Positions 28,694 through 38,422 of a stretch of DNA of 64,000 bases are shown here, piece after piece. Each line of letters starts with the position of its first letter. Position 1 is the first letter of the stretch. The DNA lies in the IMG/VR virus record IMGVR_UViG_3300028025_000092. One strand, given 5' to 3'. The notes below the pieces were generated by a model that worked only from the letters and a program-made list of their open reading frames with translations, was not told where the DNA came from and did not search any database. A program made the translations under genes and the position numbers. The DNA comes from a virus.

Positions 28694-28947
28694 TGTTTAA
28701 TACAGAAAGAAAAAGTTATTACGAATACCTTGGATCAACCGAGGATAGAAGATCTAATACTGGATTTGACTATGAAGGGAAAATTCTTGAAAAAACTATG
28801 TCCTCTATAACACTCAGCGGGGATGCTAGCAGAAAAAACATACTAGGATCGATTGAGAAAGTTGTTTTTAGATTGGTGGAGACCACAAAGAATATTAGAA
28901 ACTTTGTAAATTATAGAGTTCCTAAAAATAATAAGTACGTTAGATAA
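28693..28947 (+). CDS. Small baseplate-operon protein
   Basis: 84 aa, TAATG-coupled on both sides. Confidence 0.7.
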   Translation: MFNTERKSYYEYLGSTEDRRSNTGFDYEGKILEKTMSSITLSGDASRKNILGSIEKVVFRLVETTKNIRNFVNYRVPKNNKYVR

Positions 28948-31900
28948 TGAGTTATAAAAATTTACTCTTTTTTAATAAATCTGGACACCAAACAAATTTA
29001 ATCTGGAATGGTGATTTTTGGGAAGCTAGATTAATGCTACCTACGGTTTCTGTTGATCTTTTTGAAATCGAGCATTTTTTTATAGTAGAAAAATTCAAAA
29101 ATTCTCAAGGGGAGATAGTTTATGGGTATCCCCATATAACACCCGATTTATCATCTACAACATCAGCTTCTAAAATCTTCGGTTCATTCGTAGCTGGATC
29201 AAGAAAAGTTGTAACCGACGTTGAACCACTAGCATCTTATATTGGAGCTAAACTTTTTTCCACACAGTTTCCTAATGGTAACGAAATAGTAGGAGTAGAT
29301 GTTAGTGCAAAAACAATAACTCTTAATGATCCTGCAACTTATGCAGAAAGTCTAGTACCTTTAGTTTTTAATCTTTGGAAAGCATCCTTTGAAACAACAA
29401 GAAACGTTTTAGATTTTGATACATTTCCATCTTTTAAATGTGATATTGTTAAAGGAAGAGATTACATTATTACCAATATAGACCTAACCGATATTAACGA
29501 AAGTTCGGAGCATCTAATGATTCTGGGAAATGGAATCCCTAAAGACGCAAGAATAACTAGCATATCTGGAAAAAATATTTATTTAAATAAAATATGTGAG
29601 GTTTCTATTAGTAGCACCACAGTTTTTGTTTATCCAGTAGAAGAAAGAAACGACGTTTCTGATTATATCTTTCAATACGAATTACTAGAAGATCAAACCC
29701 TTGATGCTCCTGTACTAAACGTGTTACAAGATTCATATATTAAATTAGGATATGATTCTTCTGAATCAATAATTGATAACACAAGAAATACCAATCTAAT
29801 AGATTCATCAAGCGTTTCAATTAACTTAGCACTAAGATCCAACGAGGAAGGTATTTTTGGTAGAACACTTGTTATCGAAGATCTTTCTTTAGGGTATCCA
29901 AAGATTATAGCTCGTATAGAAATACACGGGGAAACTATAGGGGAAGACGAGAGATACAGAACAATGCTTGCCAACTTCGGAAGAAGACTAAACTCAGAGG
30001 ATTCTTTTATTCTGAGGGATACTGATCCCAAAGAGCCTTATACTGATTATGAAATAGTAAACGCTAAAAGAAAAGAATTACTTCTAGAGGGTCACGAGAT
30101 TTTCCCATATCTTGGATCATACAAAGGGCTAATTAATGCAATTAGATTTTTTGGATATCAGGATCTAAGAATCAAAGAATATTGGCTAAATATCAAGAAA
30201 TCAGACACTCCGGAATCTGCCTTAAAACAAAACTCGGATTTTGTTGAGAAGTTAAGGGCAGAGCCACAAAGTCAATCAACTCTAATTGGAAGCTTACTTG
30301 ACGACGAAAACTCAGGTAAATACAAACAGATTGAAATCTATGGTAAAAAAGATGATGGAACCTATGGGTTAAAATCCCCAATAGAAAATCTATTTCCTTC
30401 TTCTAGCTTTAAGAAAACATCTCTATTTGGATTATTTTATGATATCAATAAAATAGTAGAAGACGAGTTTGATCAATTCGGGTATCCTCTAGTAGAAAAT
30501 GCTTTCTTGTTTTCTCCTGACGAGGTCTTAATGAAATTGTTTGGTCTTAAGGAAAAACTAAAAAAAGATTACTTACCCCTTAATGCAAGGATAATTGATA
30601 TTACAGGAGAAGGTGTATATTTTGGTGTATACAAGACCAGAGGATGGGTAGACAACTTAAAAATAGACGAGCTAAATCAGGGTTTAGATGTAGACATAAA
30701 GGCTTTTCCTGAATATGGCTATATTGAAGATCTAAGACCGTTTGGAATAAGACCGAATAATACAATACCGTATGTTCCGTTTATTGGGACTAATCAGTCA
30801 ATTTACAAATTCAGTAACTACGGAAATACAGTACAGCCAATACCATCAAATCCTATTTTAAGACCTCAGGAATCTAAAAAGCTTGCTGATGCCATTATTA
30901 ATTTCCATGACGAAAGAAATTATCTAGGGATAGAAAAATTTAGACTTGGTGACGGTGATAGTAAAAATGGTGGCTACTTTAAACTTTCTGATGGATTAAA
31001 ATATGAAGTACCTGCAGGATTTCCTACAGTTCTTGAAGTTACCTCTTTTATATTAACGTGGGATGAGATAAACAATAAATGGGAAGGGCTAGACAGAAAC
31101 ATTTCTACATACTCAACTCAGATTGCATCATTTGGAGATATTCTAAATTATACAGGGGATACACATATTGATTCTTCCTTGAATTTTACATTTGATCTTA
31201 GTACTCTTTTTGGTACTATATTCAATGTTACACTTCCTACCGGAATAACATTTTTAAATCCAACAGCAGGTAAAGTTCAAGTTAAATTTACATCTACTGT
31301 TGACCCCGCCTGTCATTTTATTGCTGAGGTTCAGTCATATAATACTTCAACCGGTGCTTGTGTTTTAAAACTTTTAAGTGTTAAAAACGAAGGAATTCTT
31401 AGTTCGTGGGATGTTGAATTAACAAACATATCTTCAAGTAATCTGGATGTAGAATATTACGACTACTCTTTTAATCCCGATGGGTTTTATTCCTGGGATA
31501 ATTTAAGATTTGCTGGATTCTATGAAATAGAATGGACAGTAGAGAAGAAAGATGACAACCCCTTTTATTATGAATTTAGAGGCCGTTTAAGCGACTATTA
31601 TAAAATCCCAGTGGTATTACCGTACGACGGAATATACTCTGTTAAATGCAGGGTATGGGACGGATTTAATGACATATGCTCGGTATACAATGAAAATTAT
31701 ATCGAGGTAAAGAAAAGAGATATAGAACTTGCAAATGTTGCCAGATTTAGGGAGACTGAGGTTTATACATGGGAGAATACCAAGAAAGACTGGAACAGTT
31801 ATAGCTCAATGTGGCTATATCCGGTAGAGGGAACAGAGAGAATTAATATCTCTAACCAAATACTTAATTTTAGTGAATATGGAAATCAAAACAATGAAGG

Positions 31901-34900
31901 ACAAAACTGTAAGGTTCTTAAGCAATTTGGTGACACCATAGCAACGGCTCCTGCTAAATTTGGACTTCAAAAGATACCACTTTCTTCGTTTACAAGTACT
32001 TATCCAGGAGGTGGAATAGGCCCAGCTATATTGACTTTAAATTCTTTGTATCTTCCCCATGAATTTATAGAAGGAGAAAAAGTGACACTAATAGATAATT
32101 CTAATCTATCACCAAATATCTCTGGCGAATATAGAATTAGTAGGGTTACTTCTACTGGATTTTCTATTCCTGTTATATTACCGGGTGCAGTAACTGCTTC
32201 ACAGTTTTCTGTTATTAAAAAAGGATCTATAACCATTAACTATAAAGGAAAAAAACAAGCTCAGGTAGATTTCAACGGAAGATTGGATACAACCCTTGGT
32301 AATTTAATGAGTGCATTAAATAATGCAAAGAAAGACCCATCTTTTGGTGTAGACACAATATTGACTTCTTCTTTTTCTGATCCCTTAATTCAGGAATGGC
32401 TGGATGTTACTTTTAAAGCACCGATAGGGTCCGGTAATTTATATAACGGAAAAACCTTAGAGATAATAACAACTGGTGGATTATATTCTTACGATGGATT
32501 ATCTTCGACTAAATCTACTTCTGTATTAATAGATGGCGGATCAAATTCATATTCCGATTATGTTGATTATAATTTCGACGGAGATATTCCAGTAGAAAAC
32601 ATAAGATATTATGGTACTAAAAAATTAGATTGGGATGCTTTTGATGCTTTAGAGTGGGATAATTTATATTCTCAAACGTGGCAGCTTTATGATTATCATC
32701 ATGATTGGTTGGGAGGATTTTCTCTTTATAATTTACAAAGCGGTGATAAGATTAAGGTTGGGGTTGATACTAAAGGTATAGTACTAGGAGAAGCTTCTTC
32801 CCCCGATTATAGCGCAGGATATCTAGATTTAAGAGAAGCGGCAGATCAACTTAACATTTCTACAGAACCTGGCATTTCTAAATTTTATTATGAGGTTAGA
32901 GGATTTTCTAAATTGCAGGGTAGCTTTAGACCTAATGGATTAATAAGACCAGATAAAGAATTTATAGCAACTGCTTTACAAACAGATTTTTATTACGAAT
33001 ATACCCCAGACCATATAGAGGTTTATGTCAATGGAACTAAATTAACTCAATTACAGTATTCAGCATTTACTGGAAATAGTATTTACATATCAATTACTCT
33101 TTCTGCGGGAGACGTAGTTAAAATAGTAGATCTACCTATATCATGTCTTGCAACTCCTTATGACGGATCTACTGAATCATATGATGTTCAGCCTGGGGTT
33201 TCTCCTGGTACAGGTGCTCCTACTTCAATAGTTCAAAGTAAGGATGGTGATATTGTAATGGGTGGCACGAATAATGTAACTGTATTTAAATCACCTACCG
33301 AGATTGATACCTATTACATTTCGTCAGAATATCCAGGATCTATTCCTAGAAAAGTACAGACTGACGAGTATAATAACTGGTGGTGTTATGGAGAAAGATG
33401 TGATGTACCTCTTGTTATTTATAATAGACAAAGCCCAGAAAAAACCAGAATTGTTTCTACTTCTCCAGTTTCTGGATTTTCCAGACCGGATCTTAATTTA
33501 ATTCTCGATATACCAGATACTAAATTTCAAGTTATTGCACTTGCTGTAGATAATTTAACCGATAATTTTGTAATGTATATTAAATATTATCAATCTTACA
33601 CAGCAGGAGGAACTAGCGCTGTCTTTAGATTGGTTGAATATAATGCATCCACTAAAGAATTATCTGGGATATCAACTTTAGGACCCCAGTGGCTAGGAAC
33701 TACAACGTATGATGCTGGAAATATAATTAGTTGGCAAGGTAAATCTTATATTTCTCTGCTTGGTTCAAATCTTACGAAAGATCCAGAAACCCGTCCAGAT
33801 TATTGGGAGTTAATCTACCAAGAAAATATCGGGGTTATAGACGTTACTGCTATTTCCATCAGGCAAATAAAATATGAATACATTGGAGATAAGTCAAAAC
33901 TTTGGATGGCTACCAACGATGGTGTTAAGATCTACGATGGTGTTAAGATAAAAACCCTAAAAACTGGTAACTCTGGTTTGGATTCTAATGATACCTATGC
34001 AATTACATTCGACGAGGTTGGTGGTAAATGGATAGGAACATCTAATGGAATATTTTATTTCGACGGCGGAAGGTGGGGAGGATGGACAAATACATCTACT
34101 CCTTCTTTGCCGGTAGGAAAAACTAGAAATATAGTAAATCTTAAAAATGGTAGAATTTTCTATATGGTTCAAACAGGAACCCAAACCTATAAATTAGTTT
34201 ACTTTAATGGAATAGAATTTAAAATATATGATAACGATTTAGGAACAAGTATTCAATTTAGTCCAGGAACCAATTCTGATTATGATTATGAGGATACCTA
34301 TTTCTTCATGAATACCGTTAAATCAATTTCCGGAAATTATACTAGATACGTTGGTGATATTTTCTATCTTGGTGATGAGGTAAGAAGTGGACTACCATAC
34401 GTTGTGGCTGGATATTGGGATCCTACATATGTTGCAACTTATAATCCTGCACAAAATGTTTATCTTAGAAAGATAAACTATACAATACCTTATATTCATG
34501 CTTCTGCTAAAACCCCAGGTACCCCTGGATGGGATTTTGTATATCATTTATCATACAGACCAGTACCAGATCCAATTTATTTAAAGAATAAGGGTCTTGG
34601 AGCAGTGGAGGTTAACTTCAACTTAATTGTTGGACCTTTATACACATCTTCGGTTAATATAGGTAAAGATCCACAGCTTCCTTACGTTGATAAGAAAAGC
34701 TGGAAAATACCTTCTTGGGTAAAATATGATTTTGAGAATGTTATAAACTCTCATCCATCAATAAATGCCGATGATTTATTCTTGGATGCTCCGCTTAGAG
34801 ATATTATTTCGGGTAAAACTTCACAGGAAAGTTACTGGAGAAATTCGAACGTTATAAGAAGTGCTCAAAGAGATAAGGGAAATATCATTGATAGTTTTGA

Positions 34901-36659
34901 ATGGGTTATTAAGATAGGCGATTCTTATGATGATAGAGGAATTAAAACATTCATAGACGAGGAAGGATTTGTCTATGTAACAGGATATTTCAAGGGAGTG
35001 GTTACATTTGGATCTTCTAATAATATAGCATCAGGAACTGCAAACACCACAGAGACTTCAAATAATTGTCAATCAATATTTGTTGCCAAGTACAACCAAT
35101 TTGGAGTAATACAATGGGTTAGAAAATATGGAGATGCCGGAGTCCCTAACGACTATGACTTTACCCCAACTGGAATTAAGGTTGACTATTTAGGAAATAT
35201 TATAGTTGTTGGACACAAAAACAAAAATAGGATCGCAGTAAGTGCGACACCAGATTTGCCTAGTAATATTTACATTAAATGGGATTGGAATGCAGATCTA
35301 GTTACATCAACAACTCTATTCACTCCTTCTAGTGGCATCATAGACGATATTATAAGTGATCTTGCGATAGATCAGGTAGGTAACGTTTATGTTACCGGTG
35401 TTTTCAACGGAACGCTAAGTTCTGGTTTAAATGTGATAACATCGACAGGAAGCGATCCTGAAGTTTTTATTTCTAGAATAGAGGGAGACGGAAACGTAAA
35501 ATGGTTGTATAAAGCAGCAAGCGGAGGAATTGAAACTAGCCCTCGTATACAAATAGGCTATTCATACGAGGATCTTTATCTTACATTTAATACTAATTAT
35601 GGATCTACACAAGAGATACTTCTTAAAAGATATTCAAGTTATGATTTTAATTTAGATTGGAGCAAATCAATTTTAAATCAAAATTATTCTGGGACACCAG
35701 CCAAGCCTCATATTAAAATATCAACAAACGGAGAAATTGCTTTGGGAGCAACTTTTGCTGGAAATTTATCAGTCGAGAATATTAACATTGAATCTGAAGG
35801 ACTCAGTGACATAGCAATATTTAAATTTAATGGATTCAAAGCACTCTGGGGTAAGAATGTAGGATCATCGGTTTCCGATTTTTGTCAGGATGTTGAAATA
35901 GATTCTGAGGGAAGCATATTTGTTCTTGGGTCTTATGGTGCATCCTTAATCGCTTCACCTGAATTTTCTTCGCCTAATTATTATCCAGCACCAGATGGTA
36001 ATTTAGATCTTATTATGCTTAAGTATTCTGGAGTGGGAACATTGCTTGATATAGTAGATGCTGGAGGTATAGCTAAAGATGAAGGAATTTCTCTATCTAT
36101 AGATTTAGAAGATAATATTTACATAACAGGTTATATCTCAGGAGAATCCCAATTCTCTAACTGGGTAGCTTCTCCTAGCGGAGGTGAAGATGCTTTTATT
36201 GCTAAAATATCCAACCTAAGATATCAAAAAGGAAATAAGATAGGTAATCCTTTTTCTTGGTTCGGTTCTGCAGCTTGGTCTAATGGAGAAGTTAAATTAT
36301 TCTCTAAGGAGTTTGAAGTACCACTAGGTACAACCGTTGTATTTAATCCAATAGATTCTTTTATCCCTGGAAAGAAAAACCACGTATGGAAACTAATAAA
36401 GGGTGAGTCTGATGAGGAATTAATAAATATTAAAGATGCACAATCTTTTATATGGACATTTAATCAGCCAGGATTTTACGATCTCTATTCTTCAATAGAA
36501 GATAGCAACGGTAATAAATCAATATTGGATAAGAAGGGATACATTAGGGTTATAGATCACAAAAATCCAGCTCCTGGTGAAATTGTTAACACTGTAACTA
36601 GTGACACGTTCAGAAGGAGAGCAATCTACGAAACAATAACTAAAGGAGTACTTCTTTAA
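28947..36659 (+). CDS. Giant modular baseplate/adhesin protein (gp7-position) with beta-propeller, CBM-like and PKD-like modules
   Basis: GSYKGLINAIRFFGY...IKEYW wedge-type motif; W.ATNDG / WIGTSNG propeller blades; D..GNVYVTG repeats; C-terminal WTF..PG.YD PKD-like motif. Confidence 0.75.
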   Translation: MSYKNLLFFNKSGHQTNLIWNGDFWEARLMLPTVSVDLFEIEHFFIVEKFKNSQGEIVYGYPHITPDLSSTTSASKIFGSFVAGSRKVVTDVEPLASYIGAKLFSTQFPNGNEIVGVDVSAKTITLNDPATYAESLVPLVFNLWKASFETTRNVLDFDTFPSFKCDIVKGRDYIITNIDLTDINESSEHLMILGNGIPKDARITSISGKNIYLNKICEVSISSTTVFVYPVEERNDVSDYIFQYELLEDQTLDAPVLNVLQDSYIKLGYDSSESIIDNTRNTNLIDSSSVSINLALRSNEEGIFGRTLVIEDLSLGYPKIIARIEIHGETIGEDERYRTMLANFGRRLNSEDSFILRDTDPKEPYTDYEIVNAKRKELLLEGHEIFPYLGSYKGLINAIRFFGYQDLRIKEYWLNIKKSDTPESALKQNSDFVEKLRAEPQSQSTLIGSLLDDENSGKYKQIEIYGKKDDGTYGLKSPIENLFPSSSFKKTSLFGLFYDINKIVEDEFDQFGYPLVENAFLFSPDEVLMKLFGLKEKLKKDYLPLNARIIDITGEGVYFGVYKTRGWVDNLKIDELNQGLDVDIKAFPEYGYIEDLRPFGIRPNNTIPYVPFIGTNQSIYKFSNYGNTVQPIPSNPILRPQESKKLADAIINFHDERNYLGIEKFRLGDGDSKNGGYFKLSDGLKYEVPAGFPTVLEVTSFILTWDEINNKWEGLDRNISTYSTQIASFGDILNYTGDTHIDSSLNFTFDLSTLFGTIFNVTLPTGITFLNPTAGKVQVKFTSTVDPACHFIAEVQSYNTSTGACVLKLLSVKNEGILSSWDVELTNISSSNLDVEYYDYSFNPDGFYSWDNLRFAGFYEIEWTVEKKDDNPFYYEFRGRLSDYYKIPVVLPYDGIYSVKCRVWDGFNDICSVYNENYIEVKKRDIELANVARFRETEVYTWENTKKDWNSYSSMWLYPVEGTERINISNQILNFSEYGNQNNEGQNCKVLKQFGDTIATAPAKFGLQKIPLSSFTSTYPGGGIGPAILTLNSLYLPHEFIEGEKVTLIDNSNLSPNISGEYRISRVTSTGFSIPVILPGAVTASQFSVIKKGSITINYKGKKQAQVDFNGRLDTTLGNLMSALNNAKKDPSFGVDTILTSSFSDPLIQEWLDVTFKAPIGSGNLYNGKTLEIITTGGLYSYDGLSSTKSTSVLIDGGSNSYSDYVDYNFDGDIPVENIRYYGTKKLDWDAFDALEWDNLYSQTWQLYDYHHDWLGGFSLYNLQSGDKIKVGVDTKGIVLGEASSPDYSAGYLDLREAADQLNISTEPGISKFYYEVRGFSKLQGSFRPNGLIRPDKEFIATALQTDFYYEYTPDHIEVYVNGTKLTQLQYSAFTGNSIYISITLSAGDVVKIVDLPISCLATPYDGSTESYDVQPGVSPGTGAPTSIVQSKDGDIVMGGTNNVTVFKSPTEIDTYYISSEYPGSIPRKVQTDEYNNWWCYGERCDVPLVIYNRQSPEKTRIVSTSPVSGFSRPDLNLILDIPDTKFQVIALAVDNLTDNFVMYIKYYQSYTAGGTSAVFRLVEYNASTKELSGISTLGPQWLGTTTYDAGNIISWQGKSYISLLGSNLTKDPETRPDYWELIYQENIGVIDVTAISIRQIKYEYIGDKSKLWMATNDGVKIYDGVKIKTLKTGNSGLDSNDTYAITFDEVGGKWIGTSNGIFYFDGGRWGGWTNTSTPSLPVGKTRNIVNLKNGRIFYMVQTGTQTYKLVYFNGIEFKIYDNDLGTSIQFSPGTNSDYDYEDTYFFMNTVKSISGNYTRYVGDIFYLGDEVRSGLPYVVAGYWDPTYVATYNPAQNVYLRKINYTIPYIHASAKTPGTPGWDFVYHLSYRPVPDPIYLKNKGLGAVEVNFNLIVGPLYTSSVNIGKDPQLPYVDKKSWKIPSWVKYDFENVINSHPSINADDLFLDAPLRDIISGKTSQESYWRNSNVIRSAQRDKGNIIDSFEWVIKIGDSYDDRGIKTFIDEEGFVYVTGYFKGVVTFGSSNNIASGTANTTETSNNCQSIFVAKYNQFGVIQWVRKYGDAGVPNDYDFTPTGIKVDYLGNIIVVGHKNKNRIAVSATPDLPSNIYIKWDWNADLVTSTTLFTPSSGIIDDIISDLAIDQVGNVYVTGVFNGTLSSGLNVITSTGSDPEVFISRIEGDGNVKWLYKAASGGIETSPRIQIGYSYEDLYLTFNTNYGSTQEILLKRYSSYDFNLDWSKSILNQNYSGTPAKPHIKISTNGEIALGATFAGNLSVENINIESEGLSDIAIFKFNGFKALWGKNVGSSVSDFCQDVEIDSEGSIFVLGSYGASLIASPEFSSPNYYPAPDGNLDLIMLKYSGVGTLLDIVDAGGIAKDEGISLSIDLEDNIYITGYISGESQFSNWVASPSGGEDAFIAKISNLRYQKGNKIGNPFSWFGSAAWSNGEVKLFSKEFEVPLGTTVVFNPIDSFIPGKKNHVWKLIKGESDEELINIKDAQSFIWTFNQPGFYDLYSSIEDSNGNKSILDKKGYIRVIDHKNPAPGEIVNTVTSDTFRRRAIYETITKGVLL

Positions 36660-37340
36660 TTATCTGTCGTTATACTCAGTATAAATTCCTAGTATTTCTG
36701 GTACGATAGGGTGTCTGTGATTTTTCTTAAGGTTGATAATTTTTACACCATCTACCCTAGATGCTACCGTATTTAAAAAGTCAAGACCGGAGTCTTTTTT
36801 AGCCTTTAAATCGATTTGCGAAACATCCCCACAAATCATAATTTTAGAAGCTACCCCAAGCCTTCCTAAAACCATTTCCATTTGATTATTGGTAACGTTT
36901 TGGGCTTCGTCCACAATTACGCATGAATTTAAAAATGTTCTTCCTCTCATGAAAGGAAATGGAAGTATTTCTATTACTCCATCTTCAACCATCTTATCGA
37001 TCTTTTCCTTCTCATATAACATATAAAGGTTAGAATAGATTGGGGCTAACCAAGGATCCATTTTCTCCTTTAGATCCCCAGGTAAAAATCCTATATCTTC
37101 TTTTGCTACCGTTGGCCTAGTAATAATTATTTTTTCAGCCTCCCTATTAAAAAGAAGGTCTAATGCAATTTGACAGGCTAATAGGGTTTTCCCCGATCCT
37201 GCCATTCCTCTAATAACTGTTACTGGATTTTCCAGAATTAAAGATTTTGCTTCTTTTTGTTCCTCGTTTAGTGTAAGCTTAAACTTAATTGGACCCTTAA
37301 CTTTTCCTTTTACCTGCTGTTCTTTTGCTGTTCTCTCCAT
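36660..37340 (-). CDS. phoH: PhoH-family ATPase
   Basis: GMAGSGKT, ITRP, GFLPGDLKEKMDPW, MRGRTF, DEAQN, GDVSQID, RHP.V. Start reassigned to ATG 37340 (MERTAK). Confidence 0.95.
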   Translation of the reverse strand: MERTAKEQQVKGKVKGPIKFKLTLNEEQKEAKSLILENPVTVIRGMAGSGKTLLACQIALDLLFNREAEKIIITRPTVAKEDIGFLPGDLKEKMDPWLAPIYSNLYMLYEKEKIDKMVEDGVIEILPFPFMRGRTFLNSCVIVDEAQNVTNNQMEMVLGRLGVASKIMICGDVSQIDLKAKKDSGLDFLNTVASRVDGVKIINLKKNHRHPIVPEILGIYTEYNDR

Positions 37341-37429
37341 AAAATTGTTGGTTTTTTTAATAGAAACTAATGTATATTTTACTGTATGATCTCTGCATGA
37401 AGGATTTATTTCTTCATTCAAGCTTATTT

Positions 37430-37441
37430 GATATATATATT
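37430..37441. promoter_or_regulatory. Candidate bidirectional late promoter GATATATATATT
   Basis: Reads GATATATA on + (37430-37437) and AATATATA on - (37434-37441), between divergent phoH and the 37460 gene. Confidence 0.5.
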
Positions 37442-37459
37442 CAGAATAAAAAACAGCAA

Positions 37460-38407
37460 ATGATTACTATACAGGAGATCCTAGGAACAGACTCGATTGC
37501 AGCTTCGAGACTAACGATTAACTCAAATTTTCTTCTAGTTGAAAATGAGATTAATGACCTAGAAAACACATTTAATATTAATGTTGTAACGGGGGCAATG
37601 GATATTTCCCAAGCAACCAGCGGACAACTTAAAGCTAAGGCATTTTATGCCAACCAAGCAGCTTTTCCTGCCTCTGGAACACCAACAGTAAATATTTACG
37701 GAACAGGGGCAAGTGCAGGAAACGCAACTTTTTCTGGCATCGTTTCAGCAGCTCAGCTTTCAATTTCCGCAACTGGATCATTTAACCAAGTTAATGCCTC
37801 AGGACCAGCGGTTTTCGGATCTACAGTTAGAATTGACGGTGATACTACTTCTAATGCATCTTTCATAAACGGACCAACTGGATCATTTATCGAAAAAAAT
37901 GCAACAGGAGCATCGGGATCAACCAATGCATTTCTTACACCAGGTAATGGTGGCGGAGGTATTGTAGGAACATACAGTAGTCCTTATGCATTAAGTTTTG
38001 ATGAAAGCGTAATCTATGCTAATTGCGCATATGTTAGTACAGCAGGTGCAGATTCTGCAAATCAAACTGGATTCTTTTTCTATGTTGCAACGGGTACTGC
38101 ACCTTCAGGAACACCTCCGAGCGTTCCGCAGGGATTTAGATTAACAATCATTAATACAAATTCTTCAGAAGGACGTATAATAACTGGGGTAACAGGACCT
38201 GCACCTCAATATTATACTGGATTTAACCAAAGTAATGGTGGTTGGTCTGGAAATTATTTAAGAGTCCCTGATTCTGCACCGTATAGAACTTCAGTAACCC
38301 TACAATGGGAGAATAGAATAGGAAAGGGAGCAGGGTCTCAAAATGGATCTTGGGTGGTTGTATCATCCTCTGGATTCGATGCAATATCTGATTTTGCAAC
38401 ACAATAA
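37460..38407 (+). CDS. Gly/Ser/Thr-rich short tail fibre or virion protein
   Basis: Start reassigned to ATG 37460. N-terminal I.EILGTDSI..SR..INSNF anchor-type motif and a beta-rich body. Confidence 0.7.
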   Translation: MITIQEILGTDSIAASRLTINSNFLLVENEINDLENTFNINVVTGAMDISQATSGQLKAKAFYANQAAFPASGTPTVNIYGTGASAGNATFSGIVSAAQLSISATGSFNQVNASGPAVFGSTVRIDGDTTSNASFINGPTGSFIEKNATGASGSTNAFLTPGNGGGGIVGTYSSPYALSFDESVIYANCAYVSTAGADSANQTGFFFYVATGTAPSGTPPSVPQGFRLTIINTNSSEGRIITGVTGPAPQYYTGFNQSNGGWSGNYLRVPDSAPYRTSVTLQWENRIGKGAGSQNGSWVVVSSSGFDAISDFATQ

Positions 38408-38422
38408 TAAAAATAAGAATTA

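Noticed and set aside
37341-37459. ORF-track extensions of phoH (to 37421) and of the 37370 ORF
   Set aside because: They would overlap head-to-head across the promoter region; the downstream ATGs at 37340 and 37460 match the recognisable protein starts.
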